Below are positions 32,836 through 44,114 of a stretch of DNA of 64,000 nt, piece after piece (the stretch's first letter is position 1; each line of letters starts with the position of its first letter). Position numbers and translations under genes: made by a program. Location of the stretch: assembly GCA_051252375.1 (NCBI GenBank), contig JBPOFY010000001.1, forward strand, positions 320,001-384,000, given 5' to 3'. The notes beneath the pieces are model-generated. The model saw nothing but the letters and a program-made list of their open reading frames with translations. It was not told where the DNA came from and made no database searches. Source of the DNA: Opitutaceae bacterium (GTDB lineage: Bacteria; Verrucomicrobiota; Verrucomicrobiia; Opitutales; Coraliomargaritaceae).

Positions 32836-33855
32836 ATGACGAAAAAAAATCTACATCGCCAAAATGTCGTCGCCTGTATTTGGGATTTCGACAAGACACT
32901 CATCCCCGGCTATATGCAGGCTCCGATCTTTGAAGCCTACGGGATCGATGAAGAAGCCTTTTGGAAAGAGGTCAATGCGCTTCCGGATATCTACGCGCAA
33001 CGTGGCACTCGCGTCTCTTACGACACGATCTACCTCAACCACCTCTTGAGCTTCGTTAAAAACGGCTGCCTCAAGGGACTGACCAATCAGCGCCTGCGCG
33101 AGCTCGGCAAGGATCTCGTCTTCTATAGCGGTCTGCCGGATCTCTTTGATCGATTGAAAGCGGTCACAGCCTCGCGACCCGAGTATATAAAGCACAATAT
33201 CACGCTGGAACACTATGTCATCAGCACCGGTCTCGCCGAAATGATCAAGGGCAGCCAAATCGCGCCCTATGTGGACGGTATATTCGGTTGTGAATTCATC
33301 GAGGCGCCCTTGCCGCCAAACTATTCTTCGCAAGATGAGCTCCCTCTCCACATGGAGTTCGAAATCAGCCAAATCGGCACCATCGTCGATAACACGATCA
33401 AGACTCGCTACATCTTCGAAATCAACAAAGGCACCAACAAAAACACCAAGATCGACGTCAATGCCTCCATGTCGCGCGTCGATCGACGCGTGCCCATCGA
33501 CCGCATGATCTATACCGCGGACGGTCCCAGCGACGTGCCTGTTTTCTCTGTCGTCAAAAGCAACGGCGGCAAAGCCTACGCAGTCTTCAACCCCGACAGT
33601 GAAGCTGAGTTTGCCCAGAATGACGCCCTGCTACATGCCGGTCGCATCCACGCCTACGGACCAGCCGACTACACCGAAAAGAGCACGACTTCTAAATGGC
33701 TTCGCATGCATGTGCGTCAAATTTGCGATAACATCGTCACCGAATGCGAAGAATCGCTCAATCAAAACGTAGGTCGCGCCCCTCGCCACCTTCACGAAGA
33801 CGACGAACCTGAGGCGGAAGCCGCGCCACAAAAGCCGCAGAAAGAGCTGTTCTAG
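32836..33855 (+). CDS. HAD-superfamily hydrolase
   Basis: [17 protein letters not shown]. Confidence 0.85.
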   Translation: MTKKNLHRQNVVACIWDFDKTLIPGYMQAPIFEAYGIDEEAFWKEVNALPDIYAQRGTRVSYDTIYLNHLLSFVKNGCLKGLTNQRLRELGKDLVFYSGLPDLFDRLKAVTASRPEYIKHNITLEHYVISTGLAEMIKGSQIAPYVDGIFGCEFIEAPLPPNYSSQDELPLHMEFEISQIGTIVDNTIKTRYIFEINKGTNKNTKIDVNASMSRVDRRVPIDRMIYTADGPSDVPVFSVVKSNGGKAYAVFNPDSEAEFAQNDALLHAGRIHAYGPADYTEKSTTSKWLRMHVRQICDNIVTECEESLNQNVGRAPRHLHEDDEPEAEAAPQKPQKELF

Positions 33856-33976
33856 GTTCCCTTGCGACCAGGGGCATCTCCCTCCGCTGCTATATGTAAG
33901 GAAAAGCGGCTCAATATATGCATTTCGCCCTTTCAAAGGTCATAAGCTATGCTAAACTATATGTGAAGTAACTCTT

Positions 33977-34438
33977 ATGGATATTCTACCTACAATCATT
34001 CTCGGCGCGATCTGCGGTTTGATCGGTGCCTTTGCCATGAACCTTTTTATGCGCGGCGTCAGCACCGCCTACAGTAAGCGAGTCGATATGGTTCGCGCGC
34101 TTGGTAGCTTCTTCACTGGAAAACTGGAAAATGCCAGCGGTTTGGGCACTGCGATTCACAGCATCGCAGGGATCGTATTTGGGGTTGTTTACTTTCTCAT
34201 TATGAACGCGATGAACGCACTGATTTTCCCCTACGCCATTTTTCTCGGGCTCGGATTCGGCTTCTTCCACGGTCTCATTACTAGTTACGGCCTCATGTTT
34301 TACGCCTGCGAGCGGCACCCGATCGAAGAATACCGTAAAGCGACTCTAGAAGAAGGTCTTCTGCATCTCGTTGGCCATGTCATCTTCGGTGGCGTCGCCG
34401 GATTGCTCGGCGGTCTCATCGCCATGGGCATGCAATAA
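33977..34438 (+). CDS. Hypothetical membrane protein (4 TM, His-containing helices)
   Basis: Hydrophobic segments, IHSIAG, FFHG, HLVGHVIFG. Confidence 0.75.
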   Translation: MDILPTIILGAICGLIGAFAMNLFMRGVSTAYSKRVDMVRALGSFFTGKLENASGLGTAIHSIAGIVFGVVYFLIMNAMNALIFPYAIFLGLGFGFFHGLITSYGLMFYACERHPIEEYRKATLEEGLLHLVGHVIFGGVAGLLGGLIAMGMQ

Positions 34439-34490
34439 GTAAACCAAGCGATAGGCTTTACATGTTCTGGCGATGCGTTAGACAGAATAC

Positions 34491-36047
34491 ATGAAACGTC
34501 TAACCACTCTACTCGCACTCTGCCTGAGCAGCTTCGCTCTCGCATTTACCGGCTGCCAAACTCAAGGCCCGTCCAAGACAATTGACCGCGGCTATACTGC
34601 GCCTCAGAGCCAACCTGCACAAACCCAATGGCAGGCCGCCCAAACTAGCAAGCCAGTCTCCGTCAAACAAGCGACTCGCGTGCAAGCGACCAAGAGTGCT
34701 TCGGATGTGATCTTAAAGACCAATCAAATCGAAGTCACCAAAACCGTGCTTGAGCCTGCATCCGTGGGCGGTTTGTTAAAATATCGCATCAGCATTAAAG
34801 CACTCGACGATGTCGGCACCGTCCGCGTCTCGGAGACCATTCCCGCTGGCATTCAATTTATCTCTTCCAATCCTGCCGTCTCATTCAACGGTAGCAGCGC
34901 CAACTGGACATTCCCCTCGATGAAGCGCGGGCAAACCCAAAACATCGACGTCACCGTCAAACCCGTTTCTGAAGGTGATCACCAGATCTGCTCCACCGTT
35001 TCGGTTGATAACGCGTTCTGCCTCGATATCTTTGCCGGTCAGCCAAAATTGAATGTCGTCAAAAAGGGCCCAGCCACCATCGAGCTTGGCGAAGAAGCCA
35101 CTTGGACCGTCAGCGTTAGCAATTCCGGCTCAGCCGATGCGACCAATGTTATCGTAACTGATAAGCTACCTGACGCCTTCACCCCAACCAGCAATCTCAG
35201 CCAAAACGTCGGCACTGTCGCCCCAGGCGAAACCAAGACCGTCACCTACAGCGCCAAAGCCGTTAAACAAGGTAACTTCACCAACCGCGCCGTCGCGACC
35301 TATGATGGCGGTCCTCCAGTCGCTGGCGAAAGCGGCACACCGATCGCCGTCGTTCAATCCGGTATCCGCGTGCGTAAAGTCGGCCCAGCCGAAGCCTACG
35401 TCTTCAAGCCAGTTACTTTCGACATCACGATTGAAAACACTGGTGACACCGACCTTCAAAATGTCCGCATCACCGACATCCTTCCAAAGGGTGCCTCCGT
35501 CGCCGACAACGGCAAAGGGCGCGTCAGCGGCAACGCTATCGGTTGGATGATTCCAAATCTCCCAGCCGGCGCCAGCCAGCTCATCCGCACCGAGATCTCT
35601 GCTACCCGCAAGGGCGAGTCCACCAACACAGTTAAAGTCGTCTCTGCCAATGGTCTCGAAGCCAGCGACAGCGTCACCACCAACTGGCTCGCAGTTCCCG
35701 GCGTCACGATCTCCATCACTGACAGTAAGGACCCAATCCGCGTCGGCGAAGCCACCACTTATAGCATCCAAGTGAAGAACCAAGGTGAGTTCGAGCCAGT
35801 CAGCGGCACCGTCACCCTCACCTTCAACGCGTCGATCCGGCCAACCGCCGTCGCAGGCGATGCCCAAGGTGTGATCAATGGTCAAACCGTCACCTTCCCA
35901 CGCACCACATTGGAGCCCGGTAAGGACACCAACCTGACCATCACCGCAGAAGGTGCTAAGATCGGTCCAGGACGCGCGATCATGGAGTTCAGCGCTGACT
36001 TCCTCAGTGATCCAATCATCAGCCAAGAAACGACCAACGTTTACTAA
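34491..36047 (+). CDS. DUF11-repeat lipoprotein, OmcB-like
   Basis: Lipobox FTGC; repeats V.N.G...A.NV.VTD.LP; C-terminal DSKDPIRVGEATTYSIQVKNQG and ETTNVY. Confidence 0.8.
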   Translation: MKRLTTLLALCLSSFALAFTGCQTQGPSKTIDRGYTAPQSQPAQTQWQAAQTSKPVSVKQATRVQATKSASDVILKTNQIEVTKTVLEPASVGGLLKYRISIKALDDVGTVRVSETIPAGIQFISSNPAVSFNGSSANWTFPSMKRGQTQNIDVTVKPVSEGDHQICSTVSVDNAFCLDIFAGQPKLNVVKKGPATIELGEEATWTVSVSNSGSADATNVIVTDKLPDAFTPTSNLSQNVGTVAPGETKTVTYSAKAVKQGNFTNRAVATYDGGPPVAGESGTPIAVVQSGIRVRKVGPAEAYVFKPVTFDITIENTGDTDLQNVRITDILPKGASVADNGKGRVSGNAIGWMIPNLPAGASQLIRTEISATRKGESTNTVKVVSANGLEASDSVTTNWLAVPGVTISITDSKDPIRVGEATTYSIQVKNQGEFEPVSGTVTLTFNASIRPTAVAGDAQGVINGQTVTFPRTTLEPGKDTNLTITAEGAKIGPGRAIMEFSADFLSDPIISQETTNVY

Positions 36048-36068
36048 GGTCTAATCATTGCCATTTTC

Positions 36069-36100
36069 AAAAGCCGCTCGGGAGACCGAGCGGCTTTTTT
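36069..36100 (+). terminator. Intrinsic terminator
   Basis: AAAAGCCGCTCGG-gaga-CCGAGCGGCTTTTTT. Confidence 0.9.
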
Positions 36101-36141
36101 GTGAGCTTGCATTTTCGCACGTAATACATAGTTTTACAGCC

Positions 36142-36369
36142 ATGATCAAAAAGCTCTCCAAGATCGGCAATTCACGTGGCATCATTTTCGATGCGGCTCT
36201 GATGGAGCAGGCACACCTCAAAGAAGGTGACGAAGTGAATGTCACCGTGCATGAAGGTGGCTCGATCACATTGACTCCAATTCGTCGCAAGGTCACCACA
36301 GAGGAAGTGCTCGAGATCGCGGAGAAGTTTATGGATGAAAACGAAGGCCTCTTTCACCGTCTTTCTTAA
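36142..36369 (+). CDS. AbrB/MazE-type antitoxin
   Basis: KLSKIGNSRGIIF, LKEGDEV, ITLTP; TAATG overlap with the toxin gene. Confidence 0.88.
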   Translation: MIKKLSKIGNSRGIIFDAALMEQAHLKEGDEVNVTVHEGGSITLTPIRRKVTTEEVLEIAEKFMDENEGLFHRLS

Positions 36370-36764
36370 TGGATGAGTATCTACATCCATCAGTAGACCA
36401 AGTAATCGCAATCCATGGCAAAGTCATCGCCAAGTCTGGTGGCTCTGATGGTATTCGCGATAAAGGCCTCCTTGAATCGGCTGTAGCTACGCCACAAGCA
36501 ACCATGTTTGGCGAGCCGATCTTTCAAGACGGCATCGAAATCGCAGCCGCTTACTTGTTCTACCTTTGCCAGAACCATCCCTTTATAGATGGCAATAAGC
36601 GAGTCGCTCTGTCGACATGCTTAGTCTTCCTCTCTGTAAATGGTCTTCTCTCGGAAACACGTCTCCATGAAGACACTTGGCTCGAGTTCATTCTAGATGT
36701 CGCAGCAAGTAAATATGACCGCGATGGCGTGACAACACAACTGCGGGAACTGCTTAGCAAATAG
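36369..36764 (+). CDS. Doc-family (Fic-fold) toxin
   Basis: GIRDKGLLESA, HPFIDGNKR. Confidence 0.9.
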   Translation: MDEYLHPSVDQVIAIHGKVIAKSGGSDGIRDKGLLESAVATPQATMFGEPIFQDGIEIAAAYLFYLCQNHPFIDGNKRVALSTCLVFLSVNGLLSETRLHEDTWLEFILDVAASKYDRDGVTTQLRELLSK

Positions 36765-36799
36765 CTAACTATACAGAAAGCCAACTGCGCCAAAAAGAC

Positions 36800-37399
36800 T
36801 TAAGCGCCGTTCTCGCGAGCACTGATCCGCTTTTCAGCTTCCAGGATAATCGCTTCGCAACCCGCAAACTTATGGTCATCGAGGCAAAGGCGCTTCTGCT
36901 TACCATCCACCTCGTAAATTGCATAGGCGATGCCCTTTTTCTTCCACTTCTTGCGATCCATCGCGACGATGGAGTCGAGTTCTACCCGCTCTCCGGAAGC
37001 TCCAATCACGATCTCGCCCTCCGCTTGCACCGAACGTTTATGATTCCAGGCAATCCATAGACCAAACAAGCACGCGCCAGTCATCATCGTCCATCCGATC
37101 ACACGTTGCTCACGAATACCGCTTTCGGTCCGTTCTTTAGGTATTTTTGTGCCCTTATAGCCCGCCTCTTTCGCAAAACGCTGCCAGGCCAATTGCACAG
37201 AAGAGCTCTCCTCGTCTACAGCTTTGCCCGCTTCAATGAGTTCATCCTTAATCCGGACATACTCAGCATGCTGCTCAGCCCCTTTCGGCCAGTAGTAGTA
37301 GCCGTCACTAAGAAACCAGCTAGCCATACCGAAAATCATAAAAAACAAGAACAGCATGCGCTTCCGCCATTCTTTGGATATACGTGCATTCACCTCCAT
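36800..37399 (-). CDS. Hypothetical membrane protein (2 TM)
   Basis: ORF with two hydrophobic segments. Confidence 0.7.
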   Translation of the reverse strand: MEVNARISKEWRKRMLFLFFMIFGMASWFLSDGYYYWPKGAEQHAEYVRIKDELIEAGKAVDEESSSVQLAWQRFAKEAGYKGTKIPKERTESGIREQRVIGWTMMTGACLFGLWIAWNHKRSVQAEGEIVIGASGERVELDSIVAMDRKKWKKKGIAYAIYEVDGKQKRLCLDDHKFAGCEAIILEAEKRISARENGA

Positions 37400-37677
37400 G
37401 TGAATACATCTGCTCAAATCGTCGCCTGAGACAACCCCAGAATTGTAAAGACTCGTGACAGCTTTATCCTCTGGATATAAGTTCTAATTCTGCGTATTTT
37501 TATAAATTCTTTTTCAATAATGCAGTTTTGAACCAATACCTTGTCCTATATGGTATGTTGTTCTCCCATTTCCTCTCATCGCTGGTATGAATCGTATTCA
37601 AAACCCGCTGGGAGTCTAACCTTGCCTCACGAGGCAGAGTCCACTTTCTCAATTCTACTCTTTTAACCAAAAACATT

Positions 37678-39183
37678 ATGTCCGAAGCAACATCCGAAAT
37701 TGGCCTCATTGGCCTCGCAGTCATGGGCCAGAATCTGGCTCTCAACATCGCCGACCACGGCTTTCAAATTTCCGTTTACAACCGGACGACTTCCAAGATG
37801 GAAGAATTTGTCGCGGCGAATCCGAACACACCGGGCGGCCTCATCGGTCAAGCCGAGTTGAAAGACTTCGTCGCTTCGCTCAAGCGTCCACGTAAAGTCA
37901 TCATCCTCGTGCAAGCTGGCTGGGCCACTGATAAGGTGATCGAAGGTCTCGTAGAGCTCATGGAAGAAGGCGACATCATCATCGACGGCGGCAACGCTAA
38001 GTGGGACGACACCATCCGCCGCGAAAAAGAACTCACAGCAAAAGGTCTCCGCTTCATCGGTTCCGGCGTGTCCGGCGGTGAAGAAGGCGCACGTTTCGGT
38101 CCCTCCCTCATGCCTGGCGGTTCGCCTGAGGCATGGACACACCTTGAGCCCATCTGGAAAGCCATCGCCGCCAAAGTCGATCCCGACACTGGCAAGCCAC
38201 TCGAAGGTGCCGAGCCAGGTAAACCAGTCGAAGGCGGCTTCAGCTGCACCGCTTACATTGGCCCAGACGGCGCTGGTCACTACGTCAAGATGGTGCACAA
38301 CGGTATCGAATACGGCGACATGCAGATGATCTGCGAAGCCTACGACTTGATGCAAAATGTGCTCGGTCTCACTCCTGCTGATATGGGCGGTATCTTCGAC
38401 GAATGGAACAAGGGCGACCTTGATTCTTTCCTCATCGAGATCACGGCCGACATTCTCAAGCAAGTCGATCCCGTCACTGGCAAACCTTTCGTCGACATCG
38501 TGCTCGATACCGCTGGCCAAAAGGGCACCGGTAAATGGACGTCCGTCAACGCACTCGACATGGGCACACCCGCTCCAACCGTTGCAGAAGCCGTGTTCGC
38601 ACGCTGCCTCTCTGCAGTAAAGGACGAGCGTGTCGCCGCCGAAAAGATCCTCAAGGGTCCCGAAGCTGCTGCCTTCACTGGCGACAAAGCTGAGATGGTC
38701 GAAGCGATCCGCGAAGCGCTCTACGCATCCAAGATCTGCTCCTACGCGCAAGGCTTCCAACTCATGGCCTACGCACAGGAAGAATATAACTGGACACTCA
38801 ACTTCGGCGAGATCGCTCAGATCTTCCGTGGTGGTTGCATCATCCGTGCAGCATTCCTGCAAAAGATCACCGAAGCCTACGAGCGCGATCCAAAGCTAGC
38901 TAACTTGCTACTCGATCCATACTTCTCAGAAGCAATCCACAAGGCACAAGCTAGCTGGCGTAAAGTCGTGGCACTTGCCGCCACACACGGCGTCGCCATC
39001 CCGACCTTCAGCTCCGCGCTCTCTTACTACGATGGCTACCGCAGCTCGCGTCTGCCGCAAAATCTCTTGCAAGCACAACGCGACTACTTCGGTGCTCACA
39101 CTTACGAGCGCACCGACGAGCCACGTGGCAAGTTCTACCACATCGACTGGCCGAAGGCAGACCGCCCACAATTGGAGATGTAG
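37678..39183 (+). CDS. gnd: NADP-dependent 6-phosphogluconate dehydrogenase, decarboxylating
   Basis: [41 protein letters not shown]. Confidence 0.97.
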   Translation: MSEATSEIGLIGLAVMGQNLALNIADHGFQISVYNRTTSKMEEFVAANPNTPGGLIGQAELKDFVASLKRPRKVIILVQAGWATDKVIEGLVELMEEGDIIIDGGNAKWDDTIRREKELTAKGLRFIGSGVSGGEEGARFGPSLMPGGSPEAWTHLEPIWKAIAAKVDPDTGKPLEGAEPGKPVEGGFSCTAYIGPDGAGHYVKMVHNGIEYGDMQMICEAYDLMQNVLGLTPADMGGIFDEWNKGDLDSFLIEITADILKQVDPVTGKPFVDIVLDTAGQKGTGKWTSVNALDMGTPAPTVAEAVFARCLSAVKDERVAAEKILKGPEAAAFTGDKAEMVEAIREALYASKICSYAQGFQLMAYAQEEYNWTLNFGEIAQIFRGGCIIRAAFLQKITEAYERDPKLANLLLDPYFSEAIHKAQASWRKVVALAATHGVAIPTFSSALSYYDGYRSSRLPQNLLQAQRDYFGAHTYERTDEPRGKFYHIDWPKADRPQLEM

Positions 39184-39234
39184 TCGTGGGAGATATGTGA
39201 TCCGAGCTGCGGGGCACGAGATAGACAAATTTTC

Positions 39235-39266
39235 AAAAGCCGTTCGGGAAACCGGGCGGCTTTTTT
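39235..39266 (+). terminator. Intrinsic terminator
   Basis: AAAAGCCGTTCGG-gaaa-CCGGGCGGCTTTTTT. Confidence 0.88.
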
Positions 39267-39381
39267 GTGTATCGAGTGAATCAGATTCGCTGTAACACCT
39301 CAGATTACTCACTTAACATTCATTTCATAAAACAAAATAGATCGCTTGTAAGTGTCTACTTTTTATAAAGATTCTTATCTT

Positions 39382-40530
39382 ATGCCTACCAACTTGTTCT
39401 ATTCAGAACTTCCGGCTTTTCAGAAGTTTAATCAGTTTACCGACGATAGTTTTTATCAGGCACTCCCATCTGATTGGTCTATATTAATATCAGACGTCGC
39501 GGGTTCGACAAAGGCGATCGAGGCAGGTCGATATAAAGATGTGAATCTAGTCGGTGCTGCCACAATCTGTGCCGCTAGAAACACATTGGCTGAGCACAAC
39601 TTCCCCTTCGTCTTTGGTGGTGATGGTGCCACCTTTGCCTTTCACAATGCATATAAGGAATCGGTTGTTGAGGCAATGACTGCGTTGCAACGTATGTCAG
39701 AGTCGAATTTCAATTTATCTCTCAGAATCGGTCTGGTATCTGTTGAAGAAATAAACAAAGCCGGTGGAATCGTTGAAGTCGCCAAATACGAGCTTATTAA
39801 AAACAAGCACTTGGCTCTCTTTCGTGGTGGCGGTCTCACTCTGGCAGAAAAATGGATTAAGGGATCGGAAGCCTATCATGTAAGTTCAACCAATTCATCA
39901 GAAGCTAAACTCAGCGGTCTATCTTGTCGCTGGAACCCGATACCTAATGCAAACGGCACTATGCTTTCTTTGCTGATTCAAGCAACAGAACAGCAGAACA
40001 ATAGTATCTACACTCTGGTTTTAGAAAAACTGGATCACATCTGCGATAGACAACTGGAGGCTACGAATCCGGTCAACGTGTCAGCAATGCACTATCAGAA
40101 TCTACGAGAGTGTATCCAACAGGAAAGCCGCTTACACATGCGTAAATGGACCTTTAAGCACCTCTATCGCATAATTGAAACCTGTTTCTGTATTCTAGTC
40201 TTTCGAATAAAAATGCCTGCATTGATTTTCAAGTCTAAGGTCTACGTAAACTCCATACCTGCGCATGCCGATTACAGAAAATTTGACGATATTCTACGTA
40301 TGGTGATCGACGTCACCCACAAACAACGTGATGAAATATTTGCGACACTTGAGAGTTTACGAAACCAAGGACTGATTCATTACGGCATTCATGAATCAAA
40401 AGAGGCTTTGATGACTTGCTACGTCGATGATGTCCATGAAGGGAACCATGTTCATTTTATAGATGGAGCCGACGGTGGATATGCGATGGCTGCCAAACAA
40501 CTAAAGAAACAAATACATAAGACTGTATAA
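39382..40530 (+). CDS. DUF3095 family protein (nucleotide cyclase-like fold)
   Basis: LPSDW..DVAGST.AI..GRYKDVN, FVFGGDGA, GLSCRW, DYRKFDD, HFIDGADGGY. Confidence 0.85.
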   Translation: MPTNLFYSELPAFQKFNQFTDDSFYQALPSDWSILISDVAGSTKAIEAGRYKDVNLVGAATICAARNTLAEHNFPFVFGGDGATFAFHNAYKESVVEAMTALQRMSESNFNLSLRIGLVSVEEINKAGGIVEVAKYELIKNKHLALFRGGGLTLAEKWIKGSEAYHVSSTNSSEAKLSGLSCRWNPIPNANGTMLSLLIQATEQQNNSIYTLVLEKLDHICDRQLEATNPVNVSAMHYQNLRECIQQESRLHMRKWTFKHLYRIIETCFCILVFRIKMPALIFKSKVYVNSIPAHADYRKFDDILRMVIDVTHKQRDEIFATLESLRNQGLIHYGIHESKEALMTCYVDDVHEGNHVHFIDGADGGYAMAAKQLKKQIHKTV

Positions 40531-40535
40531 ACTTT

Positions 40536-41993
40536 TTAGAGTTTCTTAACCGCTGCGATGAAAATACCTTCTTCGTTCACTTTATCGAACTGCATAATAT
40601 AGACATGACCTTCATGTCTAAACTGCCAAATATCACCAACATTAAGAACAATATCCTCCAGAATTAATTTCGTCACCGGTGTCGCTCCTTTACCTTTAAA
40701 CCATGCTCGATATGGGATCGACTCAGCAACACGTTCCCACTCTTCCTGCCCATTGATTCCCAAAGGCAATTGCAAAACCCATACTCCTATTTTTTTTGAA
40801 CTGTAAGTCGAGCGATCTGGGATAACTACTTTCTCGTCTCCGTCTTCTTTTTCAATCAAGAGAGACCCTGTTGGAAAATCAATCACTGGTGTTTCATCTT
40901 CAATCGTTGTATCGATAATTTCGATATGTTGTTCCGGAAGTTTATGCCCCACCCACTTCGCTTTGGGTAGCTGTATATCAGATAGGCCTGAAAAAAGTTT
41001 ACGCCCTTCAGGTAACGATTTCTTTAAGTCATCTAGTTCCGCGCGCGCTTTTTCCAAACCCTCTTCCAACTCACCGCTGCCAACTATCTGTAACAAACTA
41101 TTGAAGATTTCTTGTTCTCGTTCTGAAAATTCTGCGTTTTGTAAATTTTGACTAATTTGACGAATCGAATCGGCGGAAGACGGAATCGACTCCTCAGGAA
41201 TCTCGCCCTTTTGATCGATTCCAAACTCACCATTCAGTTCACGCATGAAACTTCCCAAGTTCGCTAGATCTTCAGGTTTCGCATTTTTAAGATTGCTCAA
41301 GGAGTAACGGTTCTCAGCCAAGCCTTGCTCTTCTAAAAATTCAGCCATTGCTTGTCGATATTCAGCAAGCTCATCATCGGTCATACTTTCCATCAATCGC
41401 TTACGCTCTTTATATACCTCTATACCAGAAGCAAAATCACGTGATAGTTTTTCTTTTTCATCATCCGATGTAAAAAACGTCAGTGCTGCTAAGGCCTTTT
41501 GCCAAATAGTCGGATCGTCTGCGCTCTTTTTAAAGTTCTTCGCCTGCTCCATTAGTTGAGCAGTTTGTTCGGATGCAAAACCAGCATACTCTGCAAAGCG
41601 CTGTCCTTCAGGCATCAAGTAGAGCGATAATTTTGGCACCCCATAGGCCGTTCCAAATAACATACCAACTACGACTATCGCACTACACAAGGAACCCAAA
41701 AGTGGCACCGCATATTGCCAATAGATTAATATAATGGCTGTGATCAAAACACTGACTGCCATCAACCCAAACAGTAAGTCGGGGGTAACTCCGGGTAAAA
41801 ACTCCGCTATACGGCGTTCCAGAAACATCTTCACCACCGTCATCATAAAGATGATGAATAAACCACCGACTAAGCGAAAATCGACATGCGCCCGTGAAAA
41901 TATTTTAACTATGAACGAAACCAGAAAACCCATCAAAAAAATCGATGCCAAATGAAGCAGCGCATCTAAGGCGAGGACCAGGTATTCGTTCAT
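40536..41993 (-). CDS. Hypothetical protein with N-terminal TM bundle and large soluble domain
   Basis: 485-aa ORF. Confidence 0.75.
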   Translation of the reverse strand: MNEYLVLALDALLHLASIFLMGFLVSFIVKIFSRAHVDFRLVGGLFIIFMMTVVKMFLERRIAEFLPGVTPDLLFGLMAVSVLITAIILIYWQYAVPLLGSLCSAIVVVGMLFGTAYGVPKLSLYLMPEGQRFAEYAGFASEQTAQLMEQAKNFKKSADDPTIWQKALAALTFFTSDDEKEKLSRDFASGIEVYKERKRLMESMTDDELAEYRQAMAEFLEEQGLAENRYSLSNLKNAKPEDLANLGSFMRELNGEFGIDQKGEIPEESIPSSADSIRQISQNLQNAEFSEREQEIFNSLLQIVGSGELEEGLEKARAELDDLKKSLPEGRKLFSGLSDIQLPKAKWVGHKLPEQHIEIIDTTIEDETPVIDFPTGSLLIEKEDGDEKVVIPDRSTYSSKKIGVWVLQLPLGINGQEEWERVAESIPYRAWFKGKGATPVTKLILEDIVLNVGDIWQFRHEGHVYIMQFDKVNEEGIFIAAVKKL

Positions 41994-42028
41994 AAATTTG
42001 AAGCTCTGAGTTTTCTATAAAGTGTCTG

Positions 42029-42916
42029 TTACGTCATCGACTTCCCTAGATAAGCAAGCATCCACATTTCTTTCCATAATCGATAGCGGCCTTCGTAAGT
42101 GATTTTACCTTCTTCTTCCTGACGTGCGCGCGGAACCAAAAAACCGGTTTTTAAATTCAAACGTTCTAGAATCCTTTGTTGCTCGTTCATTTCTTGAAGC
42201 GGTTCTTCTTCAAAAGATATTGGCGTGATTGAGCTTTTAATTAAACGCAGGTGATGACGCTTCAATAAGCTCTTCAATGATCCCGTCATTGGTTTACGAG
42301 CGATGTCCCAACCTTCCGGATAAAATCCGCCGTAAGGTAAAAATAAGTTATCGGTAATCAATCGACGGTCTTTCTTACCTTCTGTGCTAATTGTATAACA
42401 AGCTGTGGCTCCATCTTTTCTTTTTGGCAAAAAGAGTATCTGTATCCGTGTCATACGGTCTTCACTCTCGTAAATGGAAACACGTAAAAAGGTGCCCTCA
42501 AAGAGTTCTGCCTTCAACGCTGCTAAACGATTAAAACGTTCGTTGCGCAACCAGTCTCGCAACTCAATAAACTTTTTATCTGCAGGCCACTCATCGCCAT
42601 CTTGATTCAATTCAAAACTATGAAACAGTGGCATTTCACCACGACTCAAAGCTAAAATGGCGAGCCAGTTGTAACCAGTTTCAAATAAAAACCATAAGGC
42701 TAAGCCGGTAATAAAATGCACCCAATCCGGACGAAACGATAACTCAAAATGTCGGAGTAGAAATGCAAACCATCCGGCAAATACGATCCAACGTAACCAA
42801 CGTCCTACTACGGCAAATACTGGCACACCAAAACGATTTCCTAGCACAGGAAATACAATGGAGAACACTGCTAATATAATTAGCAGATAGTGTATCATGG
42901 TCAGTTCTTGTATCAT
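42029..42916 (-). CDS. Hypothetical membrane protein
   Basis: 295-aa ORF with about 3 N-terminal TM helices. Confidence 0.75.
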   Translation of the reverse strand: MIQELTMIHYLLIILAVFSIVFPVLGNRFGVPVFAVVGRWLRWIVFAGWFAFLLRHFELSFRPDWVHFITGLALWFLFETGYNWLAILALSRGEMPLFHSFELNQDGDEWPADKKFIELRDWLRNERFNRLAALKAELFEGTFLRVSIYESEDRMTRIQILFLPKRKDGATACYTISTEGKKDRRLITDNLFLPYGGFYPEGWDIARKPMTGSLKSLLKRHHLRLIKSSITPISFEEEPLQEMNEQQRILERLNLKTGFLVPRARQEEEGKITYEGRYRLWKEMWMLAYLGKSMT

Positions 42917-42917
42917 T

Positions 42918-42951
42918 AAAAAAAGGAAGGACGGTCCTGAGACCGTCCTTC
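42918..42951 (-). terminator. Intrinsic terminator of dnaN
   Basis: GAAGGACGGTC-ctga-GACCGTCCTTC followed by T7 on the minus strand. Confidence 0.85.
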
Positions 42952-42986
42952 TGGTAAATCGTTGAAAAGGTCTCGTTCTTTTCGAC

Positions 42987-44114
42987 TTAGTTCAAGCGCA
43001 GTGGCATAATCACACAAATGAAATTATCGAGTGTCTTGAAGAGACCTGGGCTGAGTTCATCTTTAAATTCAAAGAATACTTCATCCTTAGTCAGTGCCTT
43101 AAGTGGTTCCATCAGGAACTGTGGATTGAAAGCCACTTGCACTTCCGGACCATCATACGCGATAGCCATGGACTCGTGAGATTCACCGTATTCAGTGGAT
43201 GAACCAGAAATTTCCAGGAGGTTTTTAGTGACCTTTAATTTCACTGAGTTGCTCTTGTCTGAAGTGACAAGTGCCGCACGGTGCACACATTCCAACATCA
43301 GCTCACGCTCAATTTTGACGCGGTGCTCCGTTTCTTTTGGAATGACTTGGCGATAGTTCGGGTAGTTCCCTTCCACGATCTTGGAAACCAAGTAAAGGTG
43401 ATCGACTAGACCGGAATCGCCCGCTTCGTCGATATCGATTTCGAAAGCTGCTTGGCGGTCGTTGAAAGCAATTTTTACCTTCTCGCCTTTACCCATGAGA
43501 CGCTCGAGTTCGGCAACTGTCTTTGCTGGTAGAATTAGGCTACCTGCGTTTTCTTCGCTGATTTCTGTCTCGAGTGCTGTGAGTCCAAGACGTCGACCAT
43601 CAGTGGCAACCAGTGTTAGTTTTTCGTCGGCAAAATTGAAGTAAACGCCGTTAAGGATATAGCGATTTTCATCGTTCGATTGGGCATAAGAAACACTCTT
43701 CAGCATGCCAACGATAGCTTCTTGAGAAAGTTCAAATACTTTTCGATTTTCGAAAGTAGGCAGTGGTGGGAATTCCTCACTGCTGATCCCCATAATTTTG
43801 AAAAGCGAACCGCCGGATGTGATCTTAGCTTGGTTCTTGTCGCTCGTTTCGATGAAGACTTCATCAACTGGAAGTTCACGCACAATTGTGGCAAGCTTAC
43901 GAACCGGCAATGTGATGGCACCTGCATCGGATACATCAGCCTTGATACGGCAACGAATGCCTAAATCGAGGTTGGTCGTGGTCAACGATATGTGACCCTC
44001 CTCAGCTTCGATCAGCACATTGCTGAGAATGGGCATTGTGGAACGTGTCGCCACAACATTGAGAACTTGTTGGAGACCGTTGCTAAAGTGATCCTTGTTG
44101 ATCTTGAACTTCAT
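42987..44114 (-). CDS. dnaN: DNA polymerase III beta clamp
   Basis: [41 protein letters not shown]. Confidence 0.97.
   Translation of the reverse strand: MKFKINKDHFSNGLQQVLNVVATRSTMPILSNVLIEAEEGHISLTTTNLDLGIRCRIKADVSDAGAITLPVRKLATIVRELPVDEVFIETSDKNQAKITSGGSLFKIMGISSEEFPPLPTFENRKVFELSQEAIVGMLKSVSYAQSNDENRYILNGVYFNFADEKLTLVATDGRRLGLTALETEISEENAGSLILPAKTVAELERLMGKGEKVKIAFNDRQAAFEIDIDEAGDSGLVDHLYLVSKIVEGNYPNYRQVIPKETEHRVKIERELMLECVHRAALVTSDKSNSVKLKVTKNLLEISGSSTEYGESHESMAIAYDGPEVQVAFNPQFLMEPLKALTKDEVFFEFKDELSPGLFKTLDNFICVIMPLRLN

Noticed and set aside
35166..36026. 286-aa antisense ORF (similar ones lie over pdhB, pdhC and prmC)
   Set aside because: Shadows of well-supported genes on the opposite strand.
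37663..38862. 399-aa antisense ORF
   Set aside because: Codon-register shadow of the strongly biased gnd gene; no independent motifs.
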